A stretch of 64,000 nt of DNA from Candidatus Micrarchaeota archaeon. GTDB lineage: Archaea; B1Sed10-29; JAJRYS01. This document shows positions 10,110 through 19,009 of the stretch, one piece after another (within the stretch, counting starts at the first letter, position 1; every line of letters starts with the position of its first letter). Made by a program: the position numbers and the translations under genes. Under the pieces are notes generated by a model that searched no databases, had not been told where the DNA came from, and saw only the letters and a program-made list of their open reading frames with translations. The stretch is from the NCBI GenBank assembly GCA_964496415.1, contig CAZBZN010000001.1, forward strand, positions 9,819-73,818. Direction: 5' to 3'.

Positions 10110-10790
10110 TTATAGTAACGCTCCTACGAGCATTCCTATTATGGCTCCAACTGTTGTTGCTGCAAGGTTTGTTGAGGAATTCCCAATTATTTTTTTATTT
10201 TCAAGTAAAGCTCCGACTAATGAGTCAGTAAGGTTTCCAGCAAGACCTGCTACTATTGCTATTATTATTGCTTTGACACTTGGAAGGATTATTAGAGAAG
10301 AGACACCTATCATTAAAGAAGCTATTACCCCTAATATTGTTCCTGTGAGTGTTACTCCTCCATTTACTCCTGGATTTACTTTTTTGAAGTTTGTTATCAT
10401 TCTTGGAGTTTCTTTTGAAAGAACTCCTAGTTCAGAAGAAGTTGTATCTGCTGTTGCTGTTGCTATTGCGCCGATGAACCCGTAAGTCCCTGCAGGCCCT
10501 CCTAGTAAAGCCATTAGCATTGCTATTCCGCCGTTGGATACTACGTTTCTTGACCCTCTTATCTTTTGCAGTACTTTGAGCTTTCTTTTTTTATCCCATC
10601 CATATCTTGTAACAAGGTTTCCTATTATGAAAAACAAGAACATTATTAAGAACCATTTTATTCCCTGAGTTAACAGAATAATGTATGCTAAGAATAATGC
10701 TGAAAGTGCTCCTGGAAAGTTAAGGGATTTTTTTTCTATTCCAAGCACGACAATAAAAAGAGGAAGAGAGTAAATAGCTAACTCATTCAT
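10110..10790 (-). CDS. DUF92/TIGR00297-family integral membrane protein
   Basis: 226 aa polytopic membrane protein with Gly-rich loops. The family assignment is from memory. Confidence 0.5.
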   Translation of the reverse strand: MNELAIYSLPLFIVVLGIEKKSLNFPGALSALFLAYIILLTQGIKWFLIMFLFFIIGNLVTRYGWDKKRKLKVLQKIRGSRNVVSNGGIAMLMALLGGPAGTYGFIGAIATATADTTSSELGVLSKETPRMITNFKKVNPGVNGGVTLTGTILGVIASLMIGVSSLIILPSVKAIIIAIVAGLAGNLTDSLVGALLENKKIIGNSSTNLAATTVGAIIGMLVGALL

Positions 10791-11371
10791 TGCCTACCAC
10801 TTATTAACTTGCATTTTCCAAATTCAATTCTTTTTATTGGGACTATTTTTTTAACTTCTTTGAAGAGTTCTCCAGCATAAGTTCCGAACACGCATTTTTG
10901 AATAAAAGCATCAAAGTTTTCTTCTTTTGCTTTATTTTCTACGAATTCTTCCATTATTTTTCTTATTGCTGACTTTTTGCTTGTTTCTATTCTTCTTGCA
11001 GTGAAAGTATAAACTGTTACTCTTATTTTTTTACCGTCCTTTGTTTCAGCATTTTTGACTAGCTTAACCATACTCCTTCTTCTTCTGACGTTTCTCCTAA
11101 GGTATTCTTCTGAAAGTTCAAATCCTTCAAGCTGAGTGTACGCGCTTTTTCCTTTCACTTCTTTTATTCTTAAAGTTAGTTTTACAAATTGATGACTCAG
11201 GTTGTTAGTAATTTCTTTTAATGGGCACCTGTAAATTCTTCCTATTAATTTCTTTTCATCATCAGCAACAGTGATCCCGACTGCTTTTTCTTCAAAAGAT
11301 TTTGGAGAGTAAATAGTGTATTTTTCTTTCTTTTTCCAAGTGTCTGTCTTTTTTCTTTTTTTAACAGCCAT
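10787..11371 (-). CDS. rps3ae: 30S ribosomal protein S3Ae (eS1)
   Basis: The N-terminus MAVKKRKKTDTWKKKEKYTIYSPKSF and the length match archaeal S3Ae. Confidence 0.9.
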   Translation of the reverse strand: MAVKKRKKTDTWKKKEKYTIYSPKSFEEKAVGITVADDEKKLIGRIYRCPLKEITNNLSHQFVKLTLRIKEVKGKSAYTQLEGFELSEEYLRRNVRRRRSMVKLVKNAETKDGKKIRVTVYTFTARRIETSKKSAIRKIMEEFVENKAKEENFDAFIQKCVFGTYAGELFKEVKKIVPIKRIEFGKCKLISGRQ

Positions 11372-11377
11372 CTTTTA

Positions 11378-11833
11378 TCACTCTCTAATCAAAAGTTTGA
11401 CTTTTTCAGGATCATAGTACCAGTCTTTAGCCACTACTCCTTTCCTCTTGTAGTATTTTACGAGTCTTCTTATTTTTGACTCTGTTAATTGTAGAGCGCG
11501 TCTGTTATGAATATCCTTCTTATGCTCTTCTAAGTGTTTTCTTAATCTAATTGCTTTTTTGAATAAGTTCATTAAATCTTCAGGCCATTCAGGCAATAGG
11601 TTTTCTTCTTTTAAGATTTGTGAAACTGATTTTCCAACTATTGCCTTTACACTTGGAATCCCATATTGGTCTCTTAAAACAAGACCTATCATTGAAAGAC
11701 TTTTTCCTTCTTTAAAGAGTTTAATGACTAATTCTTTTACTTCTTCTTTTGAATAATTTACCCAGTCAGGGGCTACCTTTTTAGGTCTTTTTGACCCTGA
11801 CTTCCCTCTTTTCCTAGCATGCATTCTTGCCAA
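11378..11833 (-). CDS. rps15: 30S ribosomal protein S15 (uS15/S13e)
   Basis: [18 protein letters not shown]-terminus. The apparent start codon is TTG, preceded by GAGGGAT. Confidence 0.9.
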   Translation of the reverse strand: MARMHARKRGKSGSKRPKKVAPDWVNYSKEEVKELVIKLFKEGKSLSMIGLVLRDQYGIPSVKAIVGKSVSQILKEENLLPEWPEDLMNLFKKAIRLRKHLEEHKKDIHNRRALQLTESKIRRLVKYYKRKGVVAKDWYYDPEKVKLLIRE

Positions 11834-11847
11834 TTTTATCCCTCTTT

Positions 11848-11895
11848 AACGCGTCAGGCACGGGCTTGTTTGGACCCGTCCTCTTCCCGCGTTTT
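11848..11895. ncRNA. GC-rich nested hairpin in the bud32-S15 intergenic region (S15 5' leader)
   Basis: aacgcg...cgcgtt forms an outer stem that encloses acggg/cccgt. It stands out as GC-rich in a 30% GC background. There is no oligo-T on either strand. Confidence 0.3.
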
Positions 11896-11975
11896 GAACT
11901 TAATTAGAAACAACCCTATTTAAAGGGTAGAATTGTAGTGTTATTTTATTATTTGGGGTTTATAAAAGCTTCGTT

Positions 11976-12563
11976 TTAAGCATACCTTGCTCTTTTTTCT
12001 ATTTCTTCTAACTTTTTTTCAACTTCTTTGTTTTTATAAGCTTTTAAGATATTTTTCCAGATTTTTTCAAAGTTTTTCCAATGAGTGCTTTTCAGCATTT
12101 TTTTTAAGACTAATAAGTCAACTGCTTTGTCTTCTATTCTTTTTGATTTTGAAGCAAGCCCGAAGTCAATTAAGTAGATTTCCCCATCTTTTTCAATCAT
12201 GTTTGAAGTAGTAAGGTCATTATGGATTATGTTATTTTTATGAAGTTTTTTTACCATCAAACCTATTTTTTTACCGTATTCTTCAGGCGCTTTATCAATT
12301 ATCTTTTTTAATTTTTTCCCATTTATGTATTGCATTGTTATTGTTTTTTCTTTTAAGTCAACGTCAAAAACATAGGGGGCTTTTATTATCTTTTTAACTT
12401 CGTTTAGCATTAATGCTTCTCTTTTTATCCTTTCGTTTCTTACTTTTTCATCTATTTCCTTTATTCTATAAGCTTTCCTTATTCTTTTTTTTATTACTGA
12501 TGGGTAAGACAAGTATTTTGATTTGTATAATACTGCTTCTGCTCCGCGGTAAATTAGTTCCAT
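11976..12563 (-). CDS. bud32: KEOPS complex kinase Bud32 (PRPK)
   Basis: The MELIYRGAEAVLY N-terminus and the catalytic HNDLTTSNM...DFGL motifs belong to the small atypical Bud32 kinase. Confidence 0.8.
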   Translation of the reverse strand: MELIYRGAEAVLYKSKYLSYPSVIKKRIRKAYRIKEIDEKVRNERIKREALMLNEVKKIIKAPYVFDVDLKEKTITMQYINGKKLKKIIDKAPEEYGKKIGLMVKKLHKNNIIHNDLTTSNMIEKDGEIYLIDFGLASKSKRIEDKAVDLLVLKKMLKSTHWKNFEKIWKNILKAYKNKEVEKKLEEIEKRARYA

Positions 12564-12608
12564 AGTTATGTTTTTAAGCTTCCTTTTTATTAAAAACTAT
12601 GTGATAGA

Positions 12609-13433
12609 ATGCCTGTTATCTCGTTAGAAGAGTATGAGTTTTTGTTAAGCAGACTTAATGATTTGCATGATGTAGAGTTTGTTCATGAAAGAACAGGGTA
12701 TCCTTTTGAAATGCTTTTGAATATTCTTGCTAAGAAGATAACTAGGAATACTTTAAGAAATTATTATGTAGTGAAAAAAAAGTCAAAGATTTTGAAACAA
12801 AGGTGGCTGCTTGGAGAGTCAATAACTTTTATTGCTAAGAAAGAAAATTTTCCTCCAGTGCTCATTGCTTCTTTTATCATGAGTGAGTTAGGATACTCAA
12901 AGAGAAAGATAAAAGAGTTCATTAGAAATCCTGAATTAGTTGAAGATAAAAGGTTAAGGTTGGAGCTTGAGAAAGCTGTTCAGGAGGATTTTGTTTATTC
13001 TCCTGCTTCTTCAGAAGCTCAAGCTAAAAATGGGAGAAGGGCTGAGGATTTTATCGCTGAATGGCTTGACAAAAATAAAGTGCCTTATCAGACAGAAGTT
13101 GAGAGCAGGGAAAAAGGGCTTTCTAAAACTCCTGACTTTCTTCTGAAGAAGAAGATTCTAATCAAAGGAAGAGAAGTTAATTGGATTGAAAGCAAGTCAA
13201 GCTTTGGTGACCCATACGAAGTTAGGAGGAACAGTAGGCTTCAGCTTTCTTATTATGTTAAAATGTTTGGTCCTGGAGCAGTGGTTTATTGGTATGGTTA
13301 TGTTGAAGGCTTAAAACCAAGGGGATTCATCTTACTGACGAAAGAAGACCTTAAGCAGAAAGACCTGATTAAGAAAATTTCTTTAACTCGACGCCAAGCC
13401 CATAAACCTCGTCGCAGTAAAAAGGCACGGTGA
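12609..13433 (+). CDS. TPD-motif (CDIN1/C15orf41-like) predicted PD-(D/E)xK nuclease with N-terminal helical domain
   Basis: A KTPDF motif followed by EVNWIESK gives a D...ExK arrangement, consistent with the TPD sequence-motif family. The call is tentative. Confidence 0.4.
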   Translation: MPVISLEEYEFLLSRLNDLHDVEFVHERTGYPFEMLLNILAKKITRNTLRNYYVVKKKSKILKQRWLLGESITFIAKKENFPPVLIASFIMSELGYSKRKIKEFIRNPELVEDKRLRLELEKAVQEDFVYSPASSEAQAKNGRRAEDFIAEWLDKNKVPYQTEVESREKGLSKTPDFLLKKKILIKGREVNWIESKSSFGDPYEVRRNSRLQLSYYVKMFGPGAVVYWYGYVEGLKPRGFILLTKEDLKQKDLIKKISLTRRQAHKPRRSKKAR

Positions 13434-13761
13434 AGTTTATTTCTTTTTTTACCAACAAGTTTTTCTCTAAGTCTTCAAGCTCAATTACTGTTAGCCCTAA
13501 TTTTTCTCCTTTAGAATTTATTGCGCTTATTTCAACTTCAGCGTGTTTCGCATATTCTCCTTTGTTGACTAATTCTATTGTCCCATTTATGAAGCATTCT
13601 TTTACTTCTGGGTATTGTGTTTTAGTAATTGTTTGGTTTACTATTACTATTTTAGGCGGCTTTGTAAGATTAATTTGAAAGTTAAACAAGGTTACTAAGA
13701 CAACTATTGCTGTGCTTACCACTAAGATTATGCTTACTTTTTCATAAGGAGTAAGTTTCAT
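13369..13761 (-). CDS. small N-terminally membrane-anchored hypothetical protein
   Basis: 130 aa with a single N-terminal TM helix and an extracytoplasmic beta-rich region. Its 3' end overlaps the convergent gene by 65 nt. Confidence 0.35.
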   Translation of the reverse strand: MKLTPYEKVSIILVVSTAIVVLVTLFNFQINLTKPPKIVIVNQTITKTQYPEVKECFINGTIELVNKGEYAKHAEVEISAINSKGEKLGLTVIELEDLEKNLLVKKEINFTVPFYCDEVYGLGVELKKFS

Positions 13762-13793
13762 GCTTCTAAATAATGCTTTTCCTTTTTAAAAAC

Positions 13794-14753
13794 TTACCAC
13801 TCAACTTCATCAGTACGCCATCTTGGTTTTATGTCTATTTCAGGAAGTTTCTTTTTTTCAGTTAAGGCAATGACTCCGGCCCAAGCTATCATTAACCCGT
13901 TATCTCCACAGACTTCTTTTTTTGGAACTAAGAATTTTGCGTTGTGTTCTTCGCTCATCTTTTTAAGCATTTCCTGAAGTCTTTTGTTTTGAGCAACTCC
14001 ACCTGTTAGTATTACTTCTTTTTTTTCAGAATGCGCTAAAGCCCTCTCAGTAACTTCAACTAACATTGAAAAAATAGTTTCTTGGAAAGAATAGCATAAG
14101 TCTTCTATTTTTGCTTTTTTCTTTAAAGCAGCAGTTACTACTCCTGAAAATACGAGGTCCATTCCTTTCACGGTGTAAGGAAGAGGAATATATTCTTTTC
14201 CTTTTTTAGCAAGTTTTTCTATTTTAGGCCCTCCAGGAAAACCAATTCCTTTTTCTCTTGCAAATTTGTCAATAGCATTTCCTATGCCTATGTCAAGAGT
14301 TTCTCCAAATACCCTGTATCTTCCAGCTTCATACCCTATTATTTGCGTGTTTCCTCCTGAAACATAAACTGTTAGTGGGTCTTTCATTTTTCCATAGAGT
14401 TTTGCTATTTCAATATGAGCTATGCAGTGGTTTATCCCTATTAATGGTTTTTTGCTTTCTTCTGCTAGTTTTTTTGCTATTTTTATTCCTTCAAGCAAGC
14501 ACGGAGGAAGCCCTGGACCTATTGATATTGCAATACCATCTACTTCTTTGAGGGTTATTCCTGCTTTTTCCAGAGCAGAAGAAATCACTTCTTCACTTAC
14601 TTTTTTATGATGTCTTGCGGCGTCAGATGGGATTATACCCCATCCTTCTTTTGGCTTATAAATGTCTCTTTCGTTTGCTAGTTCTTTTCCTTTTTCAGTG
14701 ATTATTCCAACACCAAAAGTATGGGCAGTGCCTTCTATCCCAAGCACGATCAT
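13794..14753 (-). CDS. kae1: tRNA N6-adenosine threonylcarbamoyltransferase Kae1
   Basis: The [18 protein letters not shown]-terminus and the ASKH fold of 319 aa match the Kae1/TsaD family. Confidence 0.9.
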   Translation of the reverse strand: MIVLGIEGTAHTFGVGIITEKGKELANERDIYKPKEGWGIIPSDAARHHKKVSEEVISSALEKAGITLKEVDGIAISIGPGLPPCLLEGIKIAKKLAEESKKPLIGINHCIAHIEIAKLYGKMKDPLTVYVSGGNTQIIGYEAGRYRVFGETLDIGIGNAIDKFAREKGIGFPGGPKIEKLAKKGKEYIPLPYTVKGMDLVFSGVVTAALKKKAKIEDLCYSFQETIFSMLVEVTERALAHSEKKEVILTGGVAQNKRLQEMLKKMSEEHNAKFLVPKKEVCGDNGLMIAWAGVIALTEKKKLPEIDIKPRWRTDEVEW

Positions 14754-15259
14754 ACCGAATACACCAAAAGTATCATTATTAAATTGTATAATACGTGGGT
14801 GAGGGCTGGAGTGAACAAATTTTTTCTTTTCATGAACTCTATCCCTAAGATTAATCCTAAAAAGAAAGCGCCTATTACCTCTGAAAGTGAGCCATAAATT
14901 ATGTGAAAATAACTAAAGATGAAAGAGGACATTAGAAGGTTTGTTTTCTTTAATAAGTATCCTCTGAAAAAAGCTTCTTCTACAATTGACCCAACTACTA
15001 TTATTGAAAGGACTTCTTCCAAGCTTATTGATTTTATTATTTCAGGTACTTTTGCAGTATCTGATGCCATTCCAAAAGAATAAAAGATTACTCCAATTAA
15101 GATTGTCACTGCAAGCATTAAAAATAAATAAAATACTGCGTGGATGGTTTCTTCTAGTAAGTCTGTTTTTTTGAAGCCTAATTTTTTCAGTTTGTTTTTC
15201 CCAAGGCTAATGTATAGAAAAAAAAGCATTAATCCGTATAAGAGAAAAGAAGCGTTCAT
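14750..15259 (-). CDS. CPBP (CAAX/Abi) family intramembrane metalloprotease
   Basis: EEAFFRGY and FSYFH motifs within a multi-TM protein. Confidence 0.7.
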   Translation of the reverse strand: MNASFLLYGLMLFFLYISLGKNKLKKLGFKKTDLLEETIHAVFYLFLMLAVTILIGVIFYSFGMASDTAKVPEIIKSISLEEVLSIIVVGSIVEEAFFRGYLLKKTNLLMSSFIFSYFHIIYGSLSEVIGAFFLGLILGIEFMKRKNLFTPALTHVLYNLIMILLVYSV

Positions 15260-15260
15260 T

Positions 15261-15406
15261 TACTTCTTCCACCTGGTGTAACCGCATTTCCCGCATTGGA
15301 ACCTGTCTGCATGTTCAGCCATGAAGACTCCTGCCCCGCACTTTGGACAGGTTTGTTTTTTTCTAATTAGTTTTCCATCCTTTATTTCATAAGCGTCACT
15401 TTTCAT
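15261..15406 (-). CDS. rps27ae: 30S ribosomal protein S27ae (eS31), interrupted by a frameshift
   Basis: The N-terminal frame gives [16 protein letters not shown]. The downstream frame gives [32 protein letters not shown], a C4 zinc ribbon. The two are joined only by a shift inside the A6 run (plus 15357-15362). ATGA start/stop overlap with S24e. Confidence 0.6.
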
Positions 15407-15750
15407 TTTTCATCACCTGCTTTTTCTTCCGTTTGTTGTTCTGGTTGCTGTGTTTGTGATTCTTTTTCTTCAGTTTCTTCTCCTTTTGTTCTTTTTATTT
15501 TATGTTCATTTTCTATTTTTAAGCTTTCTTCTGTTTCATATACTTTAATGTAAGCATAGCATTCAGGTTTTCCAAAGCACTGGTCAATCCTGTCAATTAC
15601 TGTCTTGTTTAAGTCAGCACCTGCTTTTGCAGTAAATGCTGAGAGCACTTGTTGTCTTGAAGGGGTTTCGTTGAATTCGCTTATCTTAACTTTGTATTCT
15701 TTCCTGTTTAGTAGTTTGTTTTCTTTTTCTTCGATTATTTCTATTTTCAT
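15403..15750 (-). CDS. rps24e: 30S ribosomal protein S24e
   Basis: [35 protein letters not shown] matches S24e. It has an acidic C-terminal tail. Confidence 0.85.
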   Translation of the reverse strand: MKIEIIEEKENKLLNRKEYKVKISEFNETPSRQQVLSAFTAKAGADLNKTVIDRIDQCFGKPECYAYIKVYETEESLKIENEHKIKRTKGEETEEKESQTQQPEQQTEEKAGDEK

Positions 15751-15760
15751 TTTCTCACCT

Positions 15761-15952
15761 TTATTTGCTTACTCTTAATGCGTATTTTCCAGGTACTTTT
15801 ATTCCAAATTTTTCAGCTATTTTTGATTTTTCAGGATTTAAAATTAAAGTGAATCCTTTCCAGTTTGCAGTTAATTCTGAAGTCTTACAGATTGGGCAGA
15901 TATCTCCTGTTACTATTAAGTGACAGTTTTTGCAAGCTTTTTCAGTTGTCAT
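15761..15952 (-). CDS. spt4: transcription elongation factor Spt4 (RpoE'')
   Basis: 63 aa. Zn ribbon CKNCH...CPIC plus KVPGKYALRV. Confidence 0.8.
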   Translation of the reverse strand: MTTEKACKNCHLIVTGDICPICKTSELTANWKGFTLILNPEKSKIAEKFGIKVPGKYALRVSK

Positions 15953-16524
15953 TTCTTCCCACCTTTTTTCTTATTTTTTTCAGTTGTTTTTTTCTTTTTC
16001 AACCATTCTTTTTTACCAAGACCTTCTTGTCTCATGGTTAAATTTATCTTACTATCAGTGATTTTGTCTTTTAATGAAATTGCAGTTATTCTTGCAAGAA
16101 CAATATCATCCTTTTTCAAACTCTTCTTTGACTGTTTTCCTGATAATGCTCCTGTTTTTGGATTGTAACTCATAAAGTCATCTGTTACTTGTGATACGTG
16201 AACTAATCCATCTATTGGCCCAAACCTTATGAATGCCCCAAATTCTGTTATGTCATTTACTTTTCCACGGACTATTTCATGGAGTTCTGGTTTAAAGACA
16301 AGTGCTTCAAACTTTACTTTGTGATATGTTGCTCCATCTCCTAAGATTATTTTTCCAGGAGCTATTTCATCTGCTTTAGTTACAGCGACTATTACTCCTG
16401 TTTTCTTGCTTATGAAACCTTCGTATTGCTGCCTTAGTGCCTCTATTACTGATTTTTCTAAGTTTTCTGAAAAAAGCTTTGGAGGAATTCTAACAGTATC
16501 TTCTATCTTCATTAACTTATACAT
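15949..16524 (-). CDS. rpoE: DNA-directed RNA polymerase subunit E' (Rpb7-like, S1 domain)
   Basis: Rpb7 N-domain plus an S1 domain with a K-rich tail. Conserved position next to spt4. Confidence 0.85.
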   Translation of the reverse strand: MYKLMKIEDTVRIPPKLFSENLEKSVIEALRQQYEGFISKKTGVIVAVTKADEIAPGKIILGDGATYHKVKFEALVFKPELHEIVRGKVNDITEFGAFIRFGPIDGLVHVSQVTDDFMSYNPKTGALSGKQSKKSLKKDDIVLARITAISLKDKITDSKINLTMRQEGLGKKEWLKKKKTTEKNKKKGGKK

Positions 16525-17051
16525 TATTTCATCTCCTTATATCTTTTTAGACATTCTCTTATTATTTCTTTAGCATGTTCTACGTCTAAGAACCCATGGA
16601 CTTTAGCCCATTTTCCAGGCTCGAGTTTTTTATAGTTAAGCATGAAATCTTGGATTTCTTTCTTTACATGATTTGGAAGGTCTTTTATTGATTTTATTTC
16701 AGATTTTCTTGGTTCAATACTGCTTATTGGAACTGTTATTATTTTGATGTCATTTCCTGCTTGGTCCTCCATTTTTAAAGCGCCTATTATTCTTGTTTTT
16801 ATAACGCATCCTGGGAAGGTTGGTTGTTCTGTTAGTACAATAGCATCTAATGGGTCCATGTCTTCTGCTCTTGTTTGAGGGATAAAACCATAATCAAATG
16901 GGAAGAACATTGCTGAGTGAAGAGCTCTATCAAGTCTGAAAACTTCTAGTTTTTCATCATACTCATACTTGTTGCTGCTTCCTTTTGGTATTTCTATTAT
17001 TACATTTAAACCTTCAAGGCTTCCGTGACTGATGTCAACAAGGTTTTTCAT
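16524..17051 (-). CDS. ppa: inorganic pyrophosphatase (family I)
   Basis: IEIPKGSSNKYEYD...DPLDAIVL motifs. The likely start is MKNLVD; the longer ORF (to 17120) runs into the PIN gene. Confidence 0.85.
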   Translation of the reverse strand: MKNLVDISHGSLEGLNVIIEIPKGSSNKYEYDEKLEVFRLDRALHSAMFFPFDYGFIPQTRAEDMDPLDAIVLTEQPTFPGCVIKTRIIGALKMEDQAGNDIKIITVPISSIEPRKSEIKSIKDLPNHVKKEIQDFMLNYKKLEPGKWAKVHGFLDVEHAKEIIRECLKRYKEMK

Positions 17052-17413
17052 TCCAACCCCCTTATTTTTATTATTCTCTTTTTTCTTACAAACATTACAG
17101 GTATTCCTTGTTTGATGCATTTGTTTTTAAGTTCTTTGTCATTTGTGAATACTACTGCCTTTAGTTTTTTAGCAGTTTCTATTATTTTTTCATCAACATT
17201 TCCTTCTGTTGGGATTATTCTCACATTATGGATTTTTAATAGTTCAAGCCCAACTTTTGCAGCTTTTTTGTCTTTTATTTTTTTAAGTTCATCTATTACT
17301 GTTGAAAGGGTAAGTATTTCTGGGTTTGGTATGAGTTTTTTGATTTCTTCAAATATGTCTATTTTTAGTTGTTCTGGCACTGCAAGTGCGTTAGTATCTA
17401 AGAGGACTTTCAT
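17048..17413 (-). CDS. PIN-domain protein
   Basis: The [11 protein letters not shown]-terminus gives the first acidic residue of the PIN fold. This is the conserved neighbour of eIF2gamma in archaea. Confidence 0.6.
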   Translation of the reverse strand: MKVLLDTNALAVPEQLKIDIFEEIKKLIPNPEILTLSTVIDELKKIKDKKAAKVGLELLKIHNVRIIPTEGNVDEKIIETAKKLKAVVFTNDKELKNKCIKQGIPVMFVRKKRIIKIRGLE

Positions 17414-18639
17414 TCAACCACTCCGTACCCTATAAGGCACCATCTTGTCGGAGATTTTCTGGAAATAGCTATTTTTGCTTTTTCTTCAACGCAAATTGGT
17501 TTTTTTAAGCTTATTTTTGCTTTTCCTTTTTTGGTTTCCTTTACGACTCCAAGAGTGGTTGCTGTTCCTGCGTTTATTACTAATAATTCCCCTTGTTTTA
17601 AGTCTTCAACTTTGTCAAGTCCTATTACTTTATCAAACAAATGAACAGTGATTGTTATTTCATTTCTTACTGGTGGAAGAGTTCCTGGCTTTCCAACAAC
17701 ACTTCCTATTAGATTATCTCCTTTAGTAAAAGAGGGGTCTAACCCTGTGCCTATTCCAACTAATCCTCCTGGCCTGGCTTCTTTGATTAAGCCTTCTTTT
17801 ATTGAAAGACTTTTTACTTTTGTTTTTATAGGCTGGGTTTCTCCGTTTTCTTTTATTAGTCCTGGCAGGATTTCTATTTCATCCCCTACTTTTACTACTC
17901 CTTGAATTATTGACCCTCCAACTACTCCTCCTTTTAGTTTTTCTATTGGAGTGTTTGGTTTGTTAATATCAAAGGATCTTGCTACAAGCATTCTAAAAGG
18001 CTTTTTTTCATCTCTTTTAGGAGTTTTTATAGTGTTTTGAATTGCTTCTACTAAATCACTAATGTTTATAGGGTAATGAGCAGCAAAAGGAATTATCGGC
18101 GCGTTTTCGGCTATCGTGCCCTTTACAAACTCTTTTATTTGTTTGTAGTGTTCTATTGCTTTTTCTTTTGAGACAAGGTCTATTTTGTTTTGAACTATCA
18201 CTATGTTTTTTATTCCTGCTATTTGAAGGGCTCTAAGGTGCTCTGCGGTTTGTGGTTGTGGGCAAGGCTCATTGGCGGCTATTACAAGCATGGCGCCGTC
18301 CATTATTGATGCTCCTGCGAGCATTACTGCCATCAGGCTTTCATGTCCTGGACAGTCAACAAAAGATACTTTTCTTAAGAATTTTGTTTCATGTCCTTTG
18401 TCACAAGTAGGTGTTGTGTAGTACTTCTTACATTTTTCACAATAATAAAAGCTTGCATCCGCGTATCCTAATTTTATTGTTATTCCTCTTTTAAGTTCTT
18501 CAGAGTGTTTGTCTGCCCACTCATTAGTAAGTGCTTTCACTATTGTTGTCTTGCCATGATCTACGTGTCCTACTACTCCGATGTTTACTTCAGGCTGCTT
18601 TGGTATTTTCATCACCCTCTTTTGTTTCTTCTTTTCCAA
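17410..18639 (-). CDS. eif2g: translation initiation factor 2 subunit gamma
   Basis: [16 protein letters not shown]1 motif, Zn knuckle CEKC...C. The probable true start is MKIPKQ at 18612. Confidence 0.9.
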   Translation of the reverse strand: MEKKKQKRVMKIPKQPEVNIGVVGHVDHGKTTIVKALTNEWADKHSEELKRGITIKLGYADASFYYCEKCKKYYTTPTCDKGHETKFLRKVSFVDCPGHESLMAVMLAGASIMDGAMLVIAANEPCPQPQTAEHLRALQIAGIKNIVIVQNKIDLVSKEKAIEHYKQIKEFVKGTIAENAPIIPFAAHYPINISDLVEAIQNTIKTPKRDEKKPFRMLVARSFDINKPNTPIEKLKGGVVGGSIIQGVVKVGDEIEILPGLIKENGETQPIKTKVKSLSIKEGLIKEARPGGLVGIGTGLDPSFTKGDNLIGSVVGKPGTLPPVRNEITITVHLFDKVIGLDKVEDLKQGELLVINAGTATTLGVVKETKKGKAKISLKKPICVEEKAKIAISRKSPTRWCLIGYGVVE

Positions 18640-19009
18640 AGATTTCAGCTAATTTTTTACTGCCTTCTTTTGTTACCACTGTATTTACTTGTGCGATGTG
18701 CTCTGAGATAGTATTTCCTCTTACTGTTTTTTTCCTTCTTTCTCCTTTTCTTTTTTTCCTTATTCCTGGCCCGCTTCCTATCAGGATGCTTTTTCTTTCA
18801 GGTCCATGCACGTCTGGCCTCATTGGAAAACCGTCTTTGTCTGTGCCTCCTGTTATTTTTAGTTTGTAGCCATTAAGTCCGAAGAGTGCTCCGTCAATTT
18901 CTTCTCCAATTTTCATGCCAATCAGTGGCTTGCTTTTGTTTTCATCAATTTCTGTTTGATAGCTTCTGCCTGTTTTTGGGTCAGATATCACTATCTTCAT
19001 TTTTTGCAC
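18590..19009 (-). CDS. rps6e: 30S ribosomal protein S6e
   Basis: [20 protein letters not shown]...[14 protein letters not shown]. Confidence 0.85.
   Translation of the reverse strand: MQKMKIVISDPKTGRSYQTEIDENKSKPLIGMKIGEEIDGALFGLNGYKLKITGGTDKDGFPMRPDVHGPERKSILIGSGPGIRKKRKGERRKKTVRGNTISEHIAQVNTVVTKEGSKKLAEIFGKEETKEGDENTKAA

Noticed and set aside
9895-10485. plus-strand ORFs 9895-10080, 9938-10231 and 10141-10485
   Set aside because: They are antisense to the carS and DUF92 membrane protein genes. Their L/F-rich translations are typical antisense artefacts.
16524-17120. N-terminal 23 residues of the 198-aa ppa ORF (MHQTRNTCNVCKK...)
   Set aside because: Homology starts at the internal MKNLVD. 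The upstream part overlaps the PIN gene in another frame. The start was reset to 17051, which gives an ATGA junction.
18590-18639. 50-nt overlap of eIF2gamma with S6e
   Set aside because: It probably reflects an over-long ORF call. The conserved eIF2gamma N-terminus begins at MKIPKQ (18612), which reduces the overlap to about 23 nt.
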